Counted from the stretch's first letter, positions 27,660 through 35,670 are shown. The stretch: 64,000 bases of DNA from Actinomycetes bacterium (GCA_024637035.1 JAGXFW010000008.1:79981-143980), one strand, 5' to 3'. Made by a program: numbers and translations. Notes: a model not told the origin generated them from the letters alone.

Positions 27660-28697
27660 CTAGGCCTCACCGCCGTCGAACACATATCCACAGAATCGGC
27701 ATTTGCGGGCCGCAGTTCGAACCTGCTCTGCGCAGTCCGGACAGGTCTTCAAGTCCTCCGACGGGACAGGGGACGTTTGCGCCTCATGTGCCGCATGTGC
27801 GGATTCGATGCGAGCCACGACGGGCGCAAGAAGCTCACTCAACTGGCTCGGTGTAAACGCAGTATGGAGGAATTCAAGCTGGCAAGAGTCCCAATGGAAG
27901 CTGATGACGCTTTCGGTAGAGGTCGTGGTCTTGGTGGTCAGCTTGTTCAGTACACTCGCGATTGCTGCGCCCTCGATAATCCCTGTGAGACCAAAGCCTC
28001 CTCCAATCCAGCCCCCTCCGGAGGTTTTCGAAACGACGCCAGGGCCAGCGAACTGCAACCCGCTTATCTCCTCGTATTCGATTGACCAGTGGTTCGCAGT
28101 GGATCCGATGATGAGGAGCACCAGGTCTCTTTCGAAAAGCAACGTACAAGGGCCGGTGGCGGCACCCGAGATTCCGGAAACACGGGTGATTTCTCCATCC
28201 AGGCGCCGGCGGGTGGGATCGGAGACAACTGGTGCTGGGCTTAAGCCGACTGTGCTGTAGAGGTCGAGCAGCTCCCGAGTCAGGAACTTGCGCTGTTCCG
28301 ACAAAGGAGCCGATTGCCAACGATGCCGGCCGGAATCACGGCCACACAGGGGACACATCCACTTGTTGACCCCCGGGACAGTGTCTTGGGGAGGGATTTC
28401 AGAGGCACCTTTGCAGCTAGGACATCTACGCTGGTACGTGATGAGACCGCAGACGCCGCAAGTCCTCTCCGCCACGTCTCCCGGATAGATGCCGCCCGCG
28501 CCGCAGGAATCGCACACGGCGGCCACGCCAGAAGCTGTGAGACTTTGGACGCCCGAGAACCCGGTTGGCACTTCCACTACTGCGCCGCACGAAAGGCATC
28601 TACTTTTCTTACCTGCGAATTCCTCGGCGATATGGAAGTCGCGCCCGCAATCCTGACACTGAAAGTCGATCATCCCGTTCTCACTATTCTCTTCCAC
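27660..28697 (-). CDS. Multi-zinc-ribbon protein (three N-terminal ribbons, one C-terminal) with a central Gly-zipper-containing domain
   Basis: Eight CxxC pairs. Central GGGWIGGGFGLTGIIEGAAIA stretch. C-terminal CPDCAEQVRTAARKCRFCGYVF. Start is either GTG 28697 or ATG 28673. Confidence 0.7.
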   Translation of the reverse strand: MEENSENGMIDFQCQDCGRDFHIAEEFAGKKSRCLSCGAVVEVPTGFSGVQSLTASGVAAVCDSCGAGGIYPGDVAERTCGVCGLITYQRRCPSCKGASEIPPQDTVPGVNKWMCPLCGRDSGRHRWQSAPLSEQRKFLTRELLDLYSTVGLSPAPVVSDPTRRRLDGEITRVSGISGAATGPCTLLFERDLVLLIIGSTANHWSIEYEEISGLQFAGPGVVSKTSGGGWIGGGFGLTGIIEGAAIASVLNKLTTKTTTSTESVISFHWDSCQLEFLHTAFTPSQLSELLAPVVARIESAHAAHEAQTSPVPSEDLKTCPDCAEQVRTAARKCRFCGYVFDGGEA

Positions 28698-28706
28698 CCT
28701 CAGCGC
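28691..28706 (-). repeat. Copy 1 of the exact 16-mer CTTCCACCCTCAGCGC
   Basis: Identical to 30467..30482. Overlaps the 5' end of 27660..28697. Confidence 0.9.
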
Positions 28707-28776
28707 GCCTCACCCGGCAACTACCGACCAAGCGCCCCCTCGCAGTTCTGCTGGTCTCCGGGGGCGCGACGGCCTG

Positions 28777-29499
28777 CTACTGCACCTTCTCCCAATACGC
28801 GACCTCCATACCGGGGATGGTGATCTCCCACCCCGCTTGACTCGTATAGGAATACGAACCAGTGCATTCGCCCCAGACGCGAATGACGTCTTCTTCGTAG
28901 ATGTCGACCGTTCCTGGGCAGTAGGCCCACACAACATCGTTGTAATCGTAGCCGTATGAGCCTTCCGTAACAGCGAGTCGCATGACGGTTCCCGATGAGT
29001 CTTCCATGATCTGGATGACTTCACCGGTGAACCGGAGACGTTCGCCGATGTACGTATCTGGGTTCTTGTTCAGCTTCCGGTACTCGACTGTGTCGGTCGA
29101 ATCTACATATTCCTGTCGCCGCTGCGCTGCGGGGATCGTCGTGGTGGTGGTAGGCGGCTCGGTGGAGGTTGTCGTCGTGGGCACTGTCGTCGTTGTGGTG
29201 GTCGGCGCCTCAGTCGTCGTCGTCGTGGCCTCACTCGTCGCCACCGCCGCGGCCTGCTGAGTGGTCGTCGTCGTTGGCGACGACGACGGAGCGATGCCCG
29301 CGAACATAAAGAGCAGGACGAAAAGCCCGCCGACAACCAAGCCAATCTTGCCGAACGTGCCGCGGCGCTTCCAGAACGCTGAGATCTTCCCGAAGAACTC
29401 CCCGGCATCGAACGGGACTATCGGCTCGATCTTACCGCCGCAGTACTTGCAGAAGCTCCCTGGTGCAACGCCCGGTTGATCGCAGTGTGGACACTTCAT
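28777..29499 (-). CDS. Zinc-ribbon / single-TM / Thr-Pro-rich linker / beta-rich C-terminal domain protein
   Basis: CPHC...CKYC. TM helix IGLVVGGLFVLLFMFAGI. Runs of T in the linker. AGGAGG lies 8 nt before the ATG. Confidence 0.8.
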   Translation of the reverse strand: MKCPHCDQPGVAPGSFCKYCGGKIEPIVPFDAGEFFGKISAFWKRRGTFGKIGLVVGGLFVLLFMFAGIAPSSSPTTTTTQQAAAVATSEATTTTTEAPTTTTTTVPTTTTSTEPPTTTTTIPAAQRRQEYVDSTDTVEYRKLNKNPDTYIGERLRFTGEVIQIMEDSSGTVMRLAVTEGSYGYDYNDVVWAYCPGTVDIYEEDVIRVWGECTGSYSYTSQAGWEITIPGMEVAYWEKVQ

Positions 29500-29502
29500 C
29501 TC

Positions 29503-29520
29503 CCGTACCTCCTACTTCGG
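29503..29520 (-). repeat. Copy 1 of the exact 18-mer CCGTACCTCCTACTTCGG (contains the SD on the minus strand)
   Basis: Identical to 29654..29671. Its reverse complement is CCGAAGTAGGAGGTACGG. Confidence 0.9.
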
Positions 29521-29522
29521 TC

Positions 29523-29651
29523 CTATGACGACAGCGCGCCTCCGGTACACACGAGACCCAACAGCGCGAGTACCACAAGGGCCACGACCACGAAGAGCAG
29601 ACACCCGCAGCCCATCCCGAACCCCTGCCTGACCGACCCCCGTTCCCCCAC
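29523..29651 (-). CDS. 42-aa hydrophobic (single-TM) peptide
   Basis: GTG 29651 lies 7 nt after AGGAGG. Sequence ...GMGCGCLLFVVVALVVLALLGLVCTGG. Confidence 0.5.
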   Translation of the reverse strand: MGERGSVRQGFGMGCGCLLFVVVALVVLALLGLVCTGGALSS

Positions 29652-29653
29652 CG

Positions 29654-29671
29654 CCGTACCTCCTACTTCGG
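29654..29671 (-). repeat. Copy 2 of the exact 18-mer CCGTACCTCCTACTTCGG
   Basis: See 29503..29520. Confidence 0.9.
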
Positions 29672-29673
29672 AT

Positions 29674-30429
29674 TCAACCGCCAAGACACTCCGGCCGCAG
29701 TACGGTCTGCTCGAGTAGATCAAGGACTTGCTCGGCCGACGCCCGATGCTCCGTTTGCCGCCACAACTCTTTTCGGATTGCCTCGAGGACTTTCTCTGAG
29801 CGGAGAACTTTCGCGAGAGACTCGGGCGACGTGGCCCGCCGCGCCTGCCAGAGTTCATCGATGCGCTTCTTCTTCAGGGACTCGGAAGTGAGATAGAAGA
29901 GGCTGGCCGCCTTGTCGGAGAGTCCGCCTTCGGCGAGAAGGTCGACCTCGAAGGCCAGTTCCGTCACCACAGGCACCGCCGCGGTGATGTGGTACACCTG
30001 CCATGTCGCGCCGTTCGTGAGAGCCACCCACTCAACCCCCTCATTGAGCGCGTAGTTCTGAACCTGGCGCAGATGCTTCAGCCCCAGCTTAGTGGAAACC
30101 CTCTTGACCTCCACAAAAGCTACGAGCTGCTTGTCGACACGGACGCCGAAATCCGCGAACTCTCCACGAACCCGGTACTCGGTGGTCAGATCCGCGTACT
30201 TGTCGTACCCGAGCACGTCGCAGAGGAAGTCGGTGACAAGAAGTCGGGTGTCCCCTTCGTTGGCGTCACGAGCGGCCAGGTCGGCTAGAGGCTTGCCGAA
30301 TCGCCTGATGCCAGCCTTCACGCGATCGCGCGCCGTCTTCTCCCATTTCGGGACGGACGCCGACTTCGACTTCGCCGCTACGGCATCAGCCTCGCCCGCG
30401 CCCGCCGCTGTCCCCAGTTCGTCTGTCAT
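29674..30429 (-). CDS. HsdR-N-like PD-(D/E)xK nuclease-fold protein with a helical C-terminal half
   Basis: EGDTRLLVTDFLCDVLGY...ADFGVRVDKQLVAFVEVKR gives D...ExK. ATG 30429 is preferred over the track start GTG 30486. Confidence 0.7.
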   Translation of the reverse strand: MTDELGTAAGAGEADAVAAKSKSASVPKWEKTARDRVKAGIRRFGKPLADLAARDANEGDTRLLVTDFLCDVLGYDKYADLTTEYRVRGEFADFGVRVDKQLVAFVEVKRVSTKLGLKHLRQVQNYALNEGVEWVALTNGATWQVYHITAAVPVVTELAFEVDLLAEGGLSDKAASLFYLTSESLKKKRIDELWQARRATSPESLAKVLRSEKVLEAIRKELWRQTEHRASAEQVLDLLEQTVLRPECLGG

Positions 30430-30466
30430 ACGATGACCCTCCCGCAGATCGAGTTCCGAGTGGTCC

Positions 30467-30482
30467 CTTCCACCCTCAGCGC
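30467..30482 (-). repeat. Copy 2 of the exact 16-mer CTTCCACCCTCAGCGC
   Basis: Lies 38 nt upstream of ATG 30429. Opens a 15-codon mini-ORF whose TGA overlaps that ATG. Confidence 0.9.
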
Positions 30483-30747
30483 ACACCTAATCCGCAAATA
30501 CCGAACAAACGTTCACCCCTAGCGTACGCGATGCAACGGCCGTCTCAGTTCCAGAGACCTGCACGGAGAATACTAGCGTTTGCAGGAGAGTTTCTGTCCG
30601 AAGCCCAGCGTAGAGTGACGACTCCAGAGAGATGGGAGGGTGCGATGATGACGGGGCGAGAGGCGCTTCTGGCGGCGGCGACAATCCTGGAGGAGGTGCC
30701 GGAGGATGATCCGCTGGCGGTTTGGGCGTCGTCTATCGCTGCGTACG

Positions 30748-31107
30748 TCAAGGAGAATCTAGCTCCTCGTCACCCTTCCGTACTCGCGCCCCCTCAATGA
30801 TCATCTCGAGGGCTTCGAGGGAAATGAGTCCTTCTGCCATGGCCTCCCATACCAACCGCTCTGCCTTCGCCTGGCGGTACTCCAGGAAGTACTCAGGGTC
30901 TACAGAGAGTGCGCGGGCAAGTTTCTCGACGGTACGGAGGGAACGAGGGTCGAGGTGGTGTCCGCGCTTGCCCGAGATGTACCTGCTGATCGTGGCCGGG
31001 GTGACGTCAGCGGCAGCAGCGAGCTCGGTGTGCTCGTCGATACCCCTCTCGTGCATCAGATATGTGAGTGCTTGGCCTATGGGCATGTCAGTTCGCTCTC
31101 GCTCCAT
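30748..31107 (-). CDS. CI-like XRE-family repressor
   Basis: TELAAAADVTPATISRYISGKRG HTH. Divergent from a Cro-like gene across a repeat-rich 107-bp region. Confidence 0.85.
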   Translation of the reverse strand: MERERTDMPIGQALTYLMHERGIDEHTELAAAADVTPATISRYISGKRGHHLDPRSLRTVEKLARALSVDPEYFLEYRQAKAERLVWEAMAEGLISLEALEMIIEGARVRKGDEELDSP

Positions 31108-31214
31108 CGTAACAGCACCCTAACCAACGTTGGCAATTAATGCTTGCTTAGGTTGGTAATCCGTGCTAGAGTTCCGATTGCCGAGGTTGGTAATCGCCAC
31201 AGGATTGGAATCAG
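31108..31214. promoter_or_regulatory. Divergent promoter/operator region of the immunity switch
   Basis: GTTGGCAAT at 31129-31137. GTTGGTAAT at 31152-31160 and 31186-31194. Degenerate GATTGGAAT at 31203-31211. Palindrome CCAACGTTGG at 31124-31133. Exact 12-mer AGGTTGGTAATC occurs twice. Confidence 0.6.
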
Positions 31215-31436
31215 ATGGACCGGATCGCGGAACTCATCGACAGATACAACAAGGACTTCCTGGCATCAGGCGAGCAACCCATGAACCAACGCCGACTGGC
31301 TGAGTTGCTCGGCACGAGCGAGGCACAGGTGAGCCGTCACGTGAGAGGGCACACGAACATGTCGCTCGCAACGGCTCGCAGATACGCCCAGGTACTCCGT
31401 TGTCGGGTCGACGACCTCTATTCTGACGTCCGATGA
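31215..31436 (+). CDS. Cro-like HTH regulator
   Basis: QRRLAELLGTSEAQVSRHVRG HTH. 73 aa. First gene of the rightward operon. Confidence 0.8.
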   Translation: MDRIAELIDRYNKDFLASGEQPMNQRRLAELLGTSEAQVSRHVRGHTNMSLATARRYAQVLRCRVDDLYSDVR

Positions 31437-31666
31437 TTACCGACGTTGGCAATCAAGCCTCCACCACCCATACCGAGTACGAAGGAGCCTTCTACCCGAA
31501 GGACTCCGTCGGAGCCGACGGAGTCCCGGCTCCGCTCCCTCCAGAGGTCGCCGGCCTAATCCGGGAGATCATCGAAGCCGACCTCGCGGCCAATCCTGAG
31601 GCGCGCCGCGTCTGGATAGCCGAGGCTGAACGATTGGTGGCTGAGCGCAAGCGGGGTGCAGCATGA
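31433..31666 (+). CDS. Hypothetical early protein
   Basis: ATGA overlap with the cro-like gene. An operator-like GTTGGCAAT sits inside its 5' end (31445-31453). Confidence 0.5.
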   Translation: MITDVGNQASTTHTEYEGAFYPKDSVGADGVPAPLPPEVAGLIREIIEADLAANPEARRVWIAEAERLVAERKRGAA

Positions 31667-32106
31667 CCCCCTCCGAACGCAGAACGGCTGAGGCGGTAGA
31701 GGCCGGGGGCATCGCCCCGAAGATCGCCGCCTGTGGTCGCGCACCCCTTCTAGCGCGGCCGCTCACTCCTTCCACCCCCGGCCCGGAGTCCCATCCCGGG
31801 CTGGGGGTCCTTGACTGTCTCGGGCCCGGACGCCGCAACGGGACATCGGTCCCCGACTTGGCTCGTGCCACCGGACTCTCGAACCGCGAAGTACGCGCCG
31901 AGATCGAGCGCCTGGTCGTAGAGGAACGTATCCCCATCGTCACCCTGCCCACAGCGCGCGGGGTGTTCCTGGCTGCGACCCCGGACGAGATCGACCTAGC
32001 CGTGGCCGGCCTGCGCTCCCGTTCCTTGTCGATGCTGCGGCGGTGCCGTGCGCTGCGGATTGCCCGGGAGGGCATGACGTGGTCCCCGGAGTTGTTCCCA
32101 CGATGA
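31663..32106 (+). CDS. Hypothetical early protein with a winged-helix-like segment
   Basis: SVPDLARATGLSNREVRAEIERLVVEERI. Overlapping start and stop codons with neighbours. Confidence 0.5.
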   Translation: MTPSERRTAEAVEAGGIAPKIAACGRAPLLARPLTPSTPGPESHPGLGVLDCLGPGRRNGTSVPDLARATGLSNREVRAEIERLVVEERIPIVTLPTARGVFLAATPDEIDLAVAGLRSRSLSMLRRCRALRIAREGMTWSPELFPR

Positions 32107-32471
32107 GAAACATGAGCTTCAGCATGACCACGGAGGCCGTCCGCAACCGCACGAAGACGGTCACGCGACGGGTCGGTTGGTCGAACCTACAGCCCGGCAC
32201 TCTTCTCTGCGCTGTGGAGAAGGGCATGGGGCTGAAGAAGGGAGAGAAGGTCAAGCGGCTGGCGACCATCCGGGTGGTGTCGGTGCGCCAAGAAGACATC
32301 TGGGAGGTAACAAACTACCCGCAGGAGGAGATGGTGCGCGAAGGCCTTCCGGACCTTACCCCCGGCGACTTCTGGCTCATGTTCGTGAGAGCAAACGGCT
32401 GGGGACGGAGCTGCATTCTGCGCCACCACGTCAACCGCATTGAGTTCGAGTATGTGGACGATCCGCGATGA
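32103..32471 (+). CDS. ASCH-like domain protein
   Basis: EAVRNRTKTVTRRVGW...PGTLL resembles the ASCH/PUA-like N-terminus. ATGA overlap upstream. Confidence 0.5.
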   Translation: MRNMSFSMTTEAVRNRTKTVTRRVGWSNLQPGTLLCAVEKGMGLKKGEKVKRLATIRVVSVRQEDIWEVTNYPQEEMVREGLPDLTPGDFWLMFVRANGWGRSCILRHHVNRIEFEYVDDPR

Positions 32472-32629
32472 CCCACACCACCCACATAACCCCCCCGGAC
32501 GGTCCCCGCGTGGCGTTCATCATCCGCGACGGCGTGAAGTCCTACACGTGCCCGCACTGCCGGAGGGGCTGGCCCACCATGACCGAGGCTGTGTTGTGTG
32601 CTCTGGAATGCGAAGAGAAGGAGGAGTGA
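32468..32629 (+). CDS. Small Cys-containing protein (53 aa)
   Basis: ATG 32468 overlaps the upstream stop. Contains CPHC...CALEC. Not in the track because it is under 60 aa. Confidence 0.35.
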   Translation: MTHTTHITPPDGPRVAFIIRDGVKSYTCPHCRRGWPTMTEAVLCALECEEKEE

Positions 32630-32760
32630 TGGATTTCTGGCTAGGCGTCTTCTGCGGCGGTTTCGCGATGTTCGTGGTGCTCGGGTTCATCCTGGCGCTG
32701 TGCCGGGTGTCTGCTGATGCTGATCGTACTGTGGAGTGGATGCGGGAGGCGGGGCTGTGA
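32629..32760 (+). CDS. Small membrane protein (43 aa)
   Basis: MDFWLGVFCGGFAMFVVLGFILALC. ATG overlaps the upstream TGA. Confidence 0.4.
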   Translation: MDFWLGVFCGGFAMFVVLGFILALCRVSADADRTVEWMREAGL

Positions 32761-32966
32761 TCACCACCGCACTCGCAGACCAAGCCCGCGTCCCCGAACA
32801 GGTAGACGCCTGGGCAACCTGGGCCACGTGGGAATCCAGGAGCCGCCGTGCCCGGCCGCACCGTATCCGACACCCCCGTCAGTGGCGATGGGAGCGAATC
32901 GTCGGCTACGTCGTGATTCCCGCGACCTACGTGGGACTGCTGTTCTGGGCGACGGGACCGTCATGA
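32757..32966 (+). CDS. Hypothetical small protein with a hydrophobic C-terminus
   Basis: GTGA overlap at 32757-32760. C-terminal IVGYVVIPATYVGLLFWA. Confidence 0.4.
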   Translation: MITTALADQARVPEQVDAWATWATWESRSRRARPHRIRHPRQWRWERIVGYVVIPATYVGLLFWATGPS

Positions 32967-33304
32967 GTGTACGGAGGGGGGTGATTCACATGAGAGGACG
33001 GAAACCACAAGCCATCGTCGAGCTCGACAACGCACTGCTCGACCAAGCGGCCGCGCTGGATGACGACCGACTGAACGACGCGCACACGCTGGAACTGTTC
33101 GACGCAGCACTGGCCGACGGCTCGATCGACCTCGAGGAGGCCTTTGCGATCCGACGGCACCTGCGGCTCGACCAGGAGTTGACGCGGATCTCGGCAGGCC
33201 TGAACCGGAGCGCCAATCGGCACTTCGACGCCGTGGTGGCACTGGCCCGCAAACGCAGCACGAGCGCCTCCGAAGAAGCGCTCGCACACACACGTTCACT
33301 GTAG
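32963..33304 (+). CDS. Hypothetical early protein
   Basis: ATGA overlap upstream. Helical, acidic composition. Confidence 0.45.
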   Translation: MSVRRGVIHMRGRKPQAIVELDNALLDQAAALDDDRLNDAHTLELFDAALADGSIDLEEAFAIRRHLRLDQELTRISAGLNRSANRHFDAVVALARKRSTSASEEALAHTRSL

Positions 33305-33320
33305 CAGGAAGGGGAAGGCA

Positions 33321-34433
33321 ATGGCAACAAAGACCACACAACCGGGCCAAGCGCTCGAACGAGTGCGCCCGCAGGAGCGGGCACTGGTCCAGGCGGCCAG
33401 CGAGCTCGGCATCCTACGGGAGGCCGGGGGCGCGCTCATGATCGACCTGTCGAGTTCCGAGCTCGGCGAGCGGTTCAACGTCCTGGCGCCGGCGGCGACG
33501 TTGGTGCAGGCGGATCGGAACTTCACCCCGGCGATCTCGGTTGTCAACCTGGACGCGGCGGAAGCGTCTGGCGATTTCTACGCGATCGAGAAGCCGAAGG
33601 TGGCGAGCGGCAGCTACGCAGCCAAGCCCGGTGCGTACGCCCTCAGCAAGCGCGCCCTGGACGTGATCGGCAAGCAGGCCGGGATCGAGGAGCTCGACCC
33701 GATCATCCAATACTTCGGCGACCGCTCCGAGAACGTGCGCATCACGGTGACGGTCCGCGTCCGCCGCCCCGACGGCACCTACCAGACCGCCAAGGGCACG
33801 CGCGAGTGGATCGAGGAAGACGAGAAGGCTCAGCTCGAGGGGGGCATCCCCGACTGGGCGACCAAGGGTGATTCCGCCCGCGCGAAGTGGTGGAACGACA
33901 ACTGGTACGGCCGGATCAAGAAGTTCCGACTACCCATGACGGAATCGAAGGCGCGCCTGCGGGCCTACCGGCAGGTGCTGACGCTGAAGAGCAAGTACGG
34001 GCCCGACGAGATAGCGCGGCCCTTCCTCGTCGTCTCCACCACGTTCACCCCGGACACGTCGAATCCTGACGTGCTCCGCATGATCTTCACGGGTGGAGAG
34101 CAGGCGGCCGGGCTGCTGTACGGTCCGCCGGCGGCTGTTGAGGAGGCGCCCATCGACGTGACCGCGACCGAGCACGATGAGGCCCCGGAGGGTGTGGACC
34201 CAGAGAGCGGGGAGCTCCTCCCGGAGACCTTCGGCGAGCGACCGGACTCCGACCCGACGATCCCGAGCGGGCCGCATGAGGGCCTGCCTATCTCGCAGGT
34301 GGCACGCGAGCACCCCGACTACGTGCGGGGCACGCTGCTCGCCTCCGGCAGTGCGAAGTGGGGCACCGCTTCAGAGGCCTGGCTCACGTACTGGGGCCAT
34401 GCGACGGGGGACGATGATGATGTCGACTTCTAG
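33321..34433 (+). CDS. Hypothetical protein, possibly a single-strand annealing / recombination protein
   Basis: Lies directly upstream of sbcD/sbcC-like genes. The MTESKARLRAYRQVL segment is reminiscent of Rad52/Sak-type annealases. Acidic C-terminal tail DDDDVDF. Confidence 0.35.
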   Translation: MATKTTQPGQALERVRPQERALVQAASELGILREAGGALMIDLSSSELGERFNVLAPAATLVQADRNFTPAISVVNLDAAEASGDFYAIEKPKVASGSYAAKPGAYALSKRALDVIGKQAGIEELDPIIQYFGDRSENVRITVTVRVRRPDGTYQTAKGTREWIEEDEKAQLEGGIPDWATKGDSARAKWWNDNWYGRIKKFRLPMTESKARLRAYRQVLTLKSKYGPDEIARPFLVVSTTFTPDTSNPDVLRMIFTGGEQAAGLLYGPPAAVEEAPIDVTATEHDEAPEGVDPESGELLPETFGERPDSDPTIPSGPHEGLPISQVAREHPDYVRGTLLASGSAKWGTASEAWLTYWGHATGDDDDVDF

Positions 34434-35670
34434 CATCCGCCTCGCCCACGTCGCCGACCCCCACCTCGGCAGCGGCTACCACCTCGGCGACGAAGACCGC
34501 GGGGGAGTGAACTCCCGCCTACGGGACTTCCGCGACGCCTGGGTGCGCTCGTGTGAACAGATGGTGACTGAGGGCGTCGACCTGGTGCTCTTCGCCGGGG
34601 ATGCGTTTCGGGACTCGAAGCCGTCGCCCACGGAACAGCAGGCGTTCCGGGACGGGCTGGACGTGCTCTGCGACGCCGAGATCCCGATGGTGGCGATCGT
34701 GGGGAATCATGATCTCCCGAGAGCGCCGGGTCGCACGCATGCGCTTGCGATCTTCGATGGCTATCGCGACTACGTAATGGTGGTAGACCGACCTCAAGTG
34801 ATCGCTGGTGATGGGATCACAGTGCCCCTGCCCAAGCTACCGATACCCATCGCCTGCCTCCCCTGGCCATCCCGCGCCCACCTCGCTGCGGCGGATCCCG
34901 AGTTCGAGCGTCTGACCATCGACGAGCAGAACGCTCGCATCGTCGAGCTCTCCCTGGCCGTGCTCCGGAAGCTCGGAGCGGAGGCAGAGGCCGCAGCCGG
35001 TCCTCTTGGGTGTGTCCTTCTGGCCCACGGGTCCATCGCGGGCAGCGCGGTCGGCGCGGCCGGGAGCACGCAGTTCTTCCGCGAGCCGGTGCTGCCGCTT
35101 TCGGAGCTCCGCGGGCTGCCGTTCCGGTATCAGGCGTGGGGACACCTACACCGTGCCCAGGATCTGGAGCCACACATCAGGTACGCGGGGTCGCTCGAGC
35201 GCCTCGACTTCGCGGAGGCGACAGAGGACAAGGGGTGGTGGCTGATTGACCTGTCCACCAATGCCGACAGCGGGGGGTGCACGTTCGGGACGGCCTGGCG
35301 CTCGAGTAACCCCCGTCCGTTCGTCGACCTCGAGCTCACCGAGCCCACCGCCTGGGAGGCCGGCGTCGCCAGTCTGAACGGCGCCCTGCCGGGAGCCATC
35401 GTGCGAGTGCGCTACGAGGCAACACCGGAGCAAGCCCGCGCCGTCGACCACGCCGGGATCCGCCGGGCCCTGTACCAGGGCGGAGCCCTCAAAGTCCACG
35501 GCCCGATCGCGACGCTGCGCCACGCGGTAGCCGAGCGCGAATCCACGCTCTCTGAGGAGACCGACGTGCTCACCGGCTGGCAGGAGTACGCCAACGGGCA
35601 GGGGCTCACAGGGGCGCAGCGTGAGCGGCTCGATCGACTGGTACACGACGCGCTGGGGGTGCTGGCATGA
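34414..35670 (+). CDS. sbcD: SbcD/Mre11-family nuclease
   Basis: RLAHVADPHLG, LFAGDAFRD and VAIVGNHD calcineurin-like phosphoesterase motifs. Confidence 0.85.
   Translation: MMMSTSSIRLAHVADPHLGSGYHLGDEDRGGVNSRLRDFRDAWVRSCEQMVTEGVDLVLFAGDAFRDSKPSPTEQQAFRDGLDVLCDAEIPMVAIVGNHDLPRAPGRTHALAIFDGYRDYVMVVDRPQVIAGDGITVPLPKLPIPIACLPWPSRAHLAAADPEFERLTIDEQNARIVELSLAVLRKLGAEAEAAAGPLGCVLLAHGSIAGSAVGAAGSTQFFREPVLPLSELRGLPFRYQAWGHLHRAQDLEPHIRYAGSLERLDFAEATEDKGWWLIDLSTNADSGGCTFGTAWRSSNPRPFVDLELTEPTAWEAGVASLNGALPGAIVRVRYEATPEQARAVDHAGIRRALYQGGALKVHGPIATLRHAVAERESTLSEETDVLTGWQEYANGQGLTGAQRERLDRLVHDALGVLA

Noticed and set aside
29100-29290. Repetitive GTCGTCGT / GGTGGTGG DNA that could suggest a tandem repeat or array.
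   Set aside because: It is the coding sequence of the Thr/Pro-rich linker of 28777..29499 read on the opposite strand. There is no spacer-repeat periodicity, and no CRISPR-like array exists anywhere in the window.
30531-30800. A plus-strand ORF (likely ATG 30645 after GGGAGGG, 51 aa) between the nuclease gene and the CI-like repressor.
   Set aside because: Its 3' end overlaps the repressor gene by 53 nt on the opposite strand and no motif is recognisable. I cannot tell a real small gene from a chance ORF in the operon leader.
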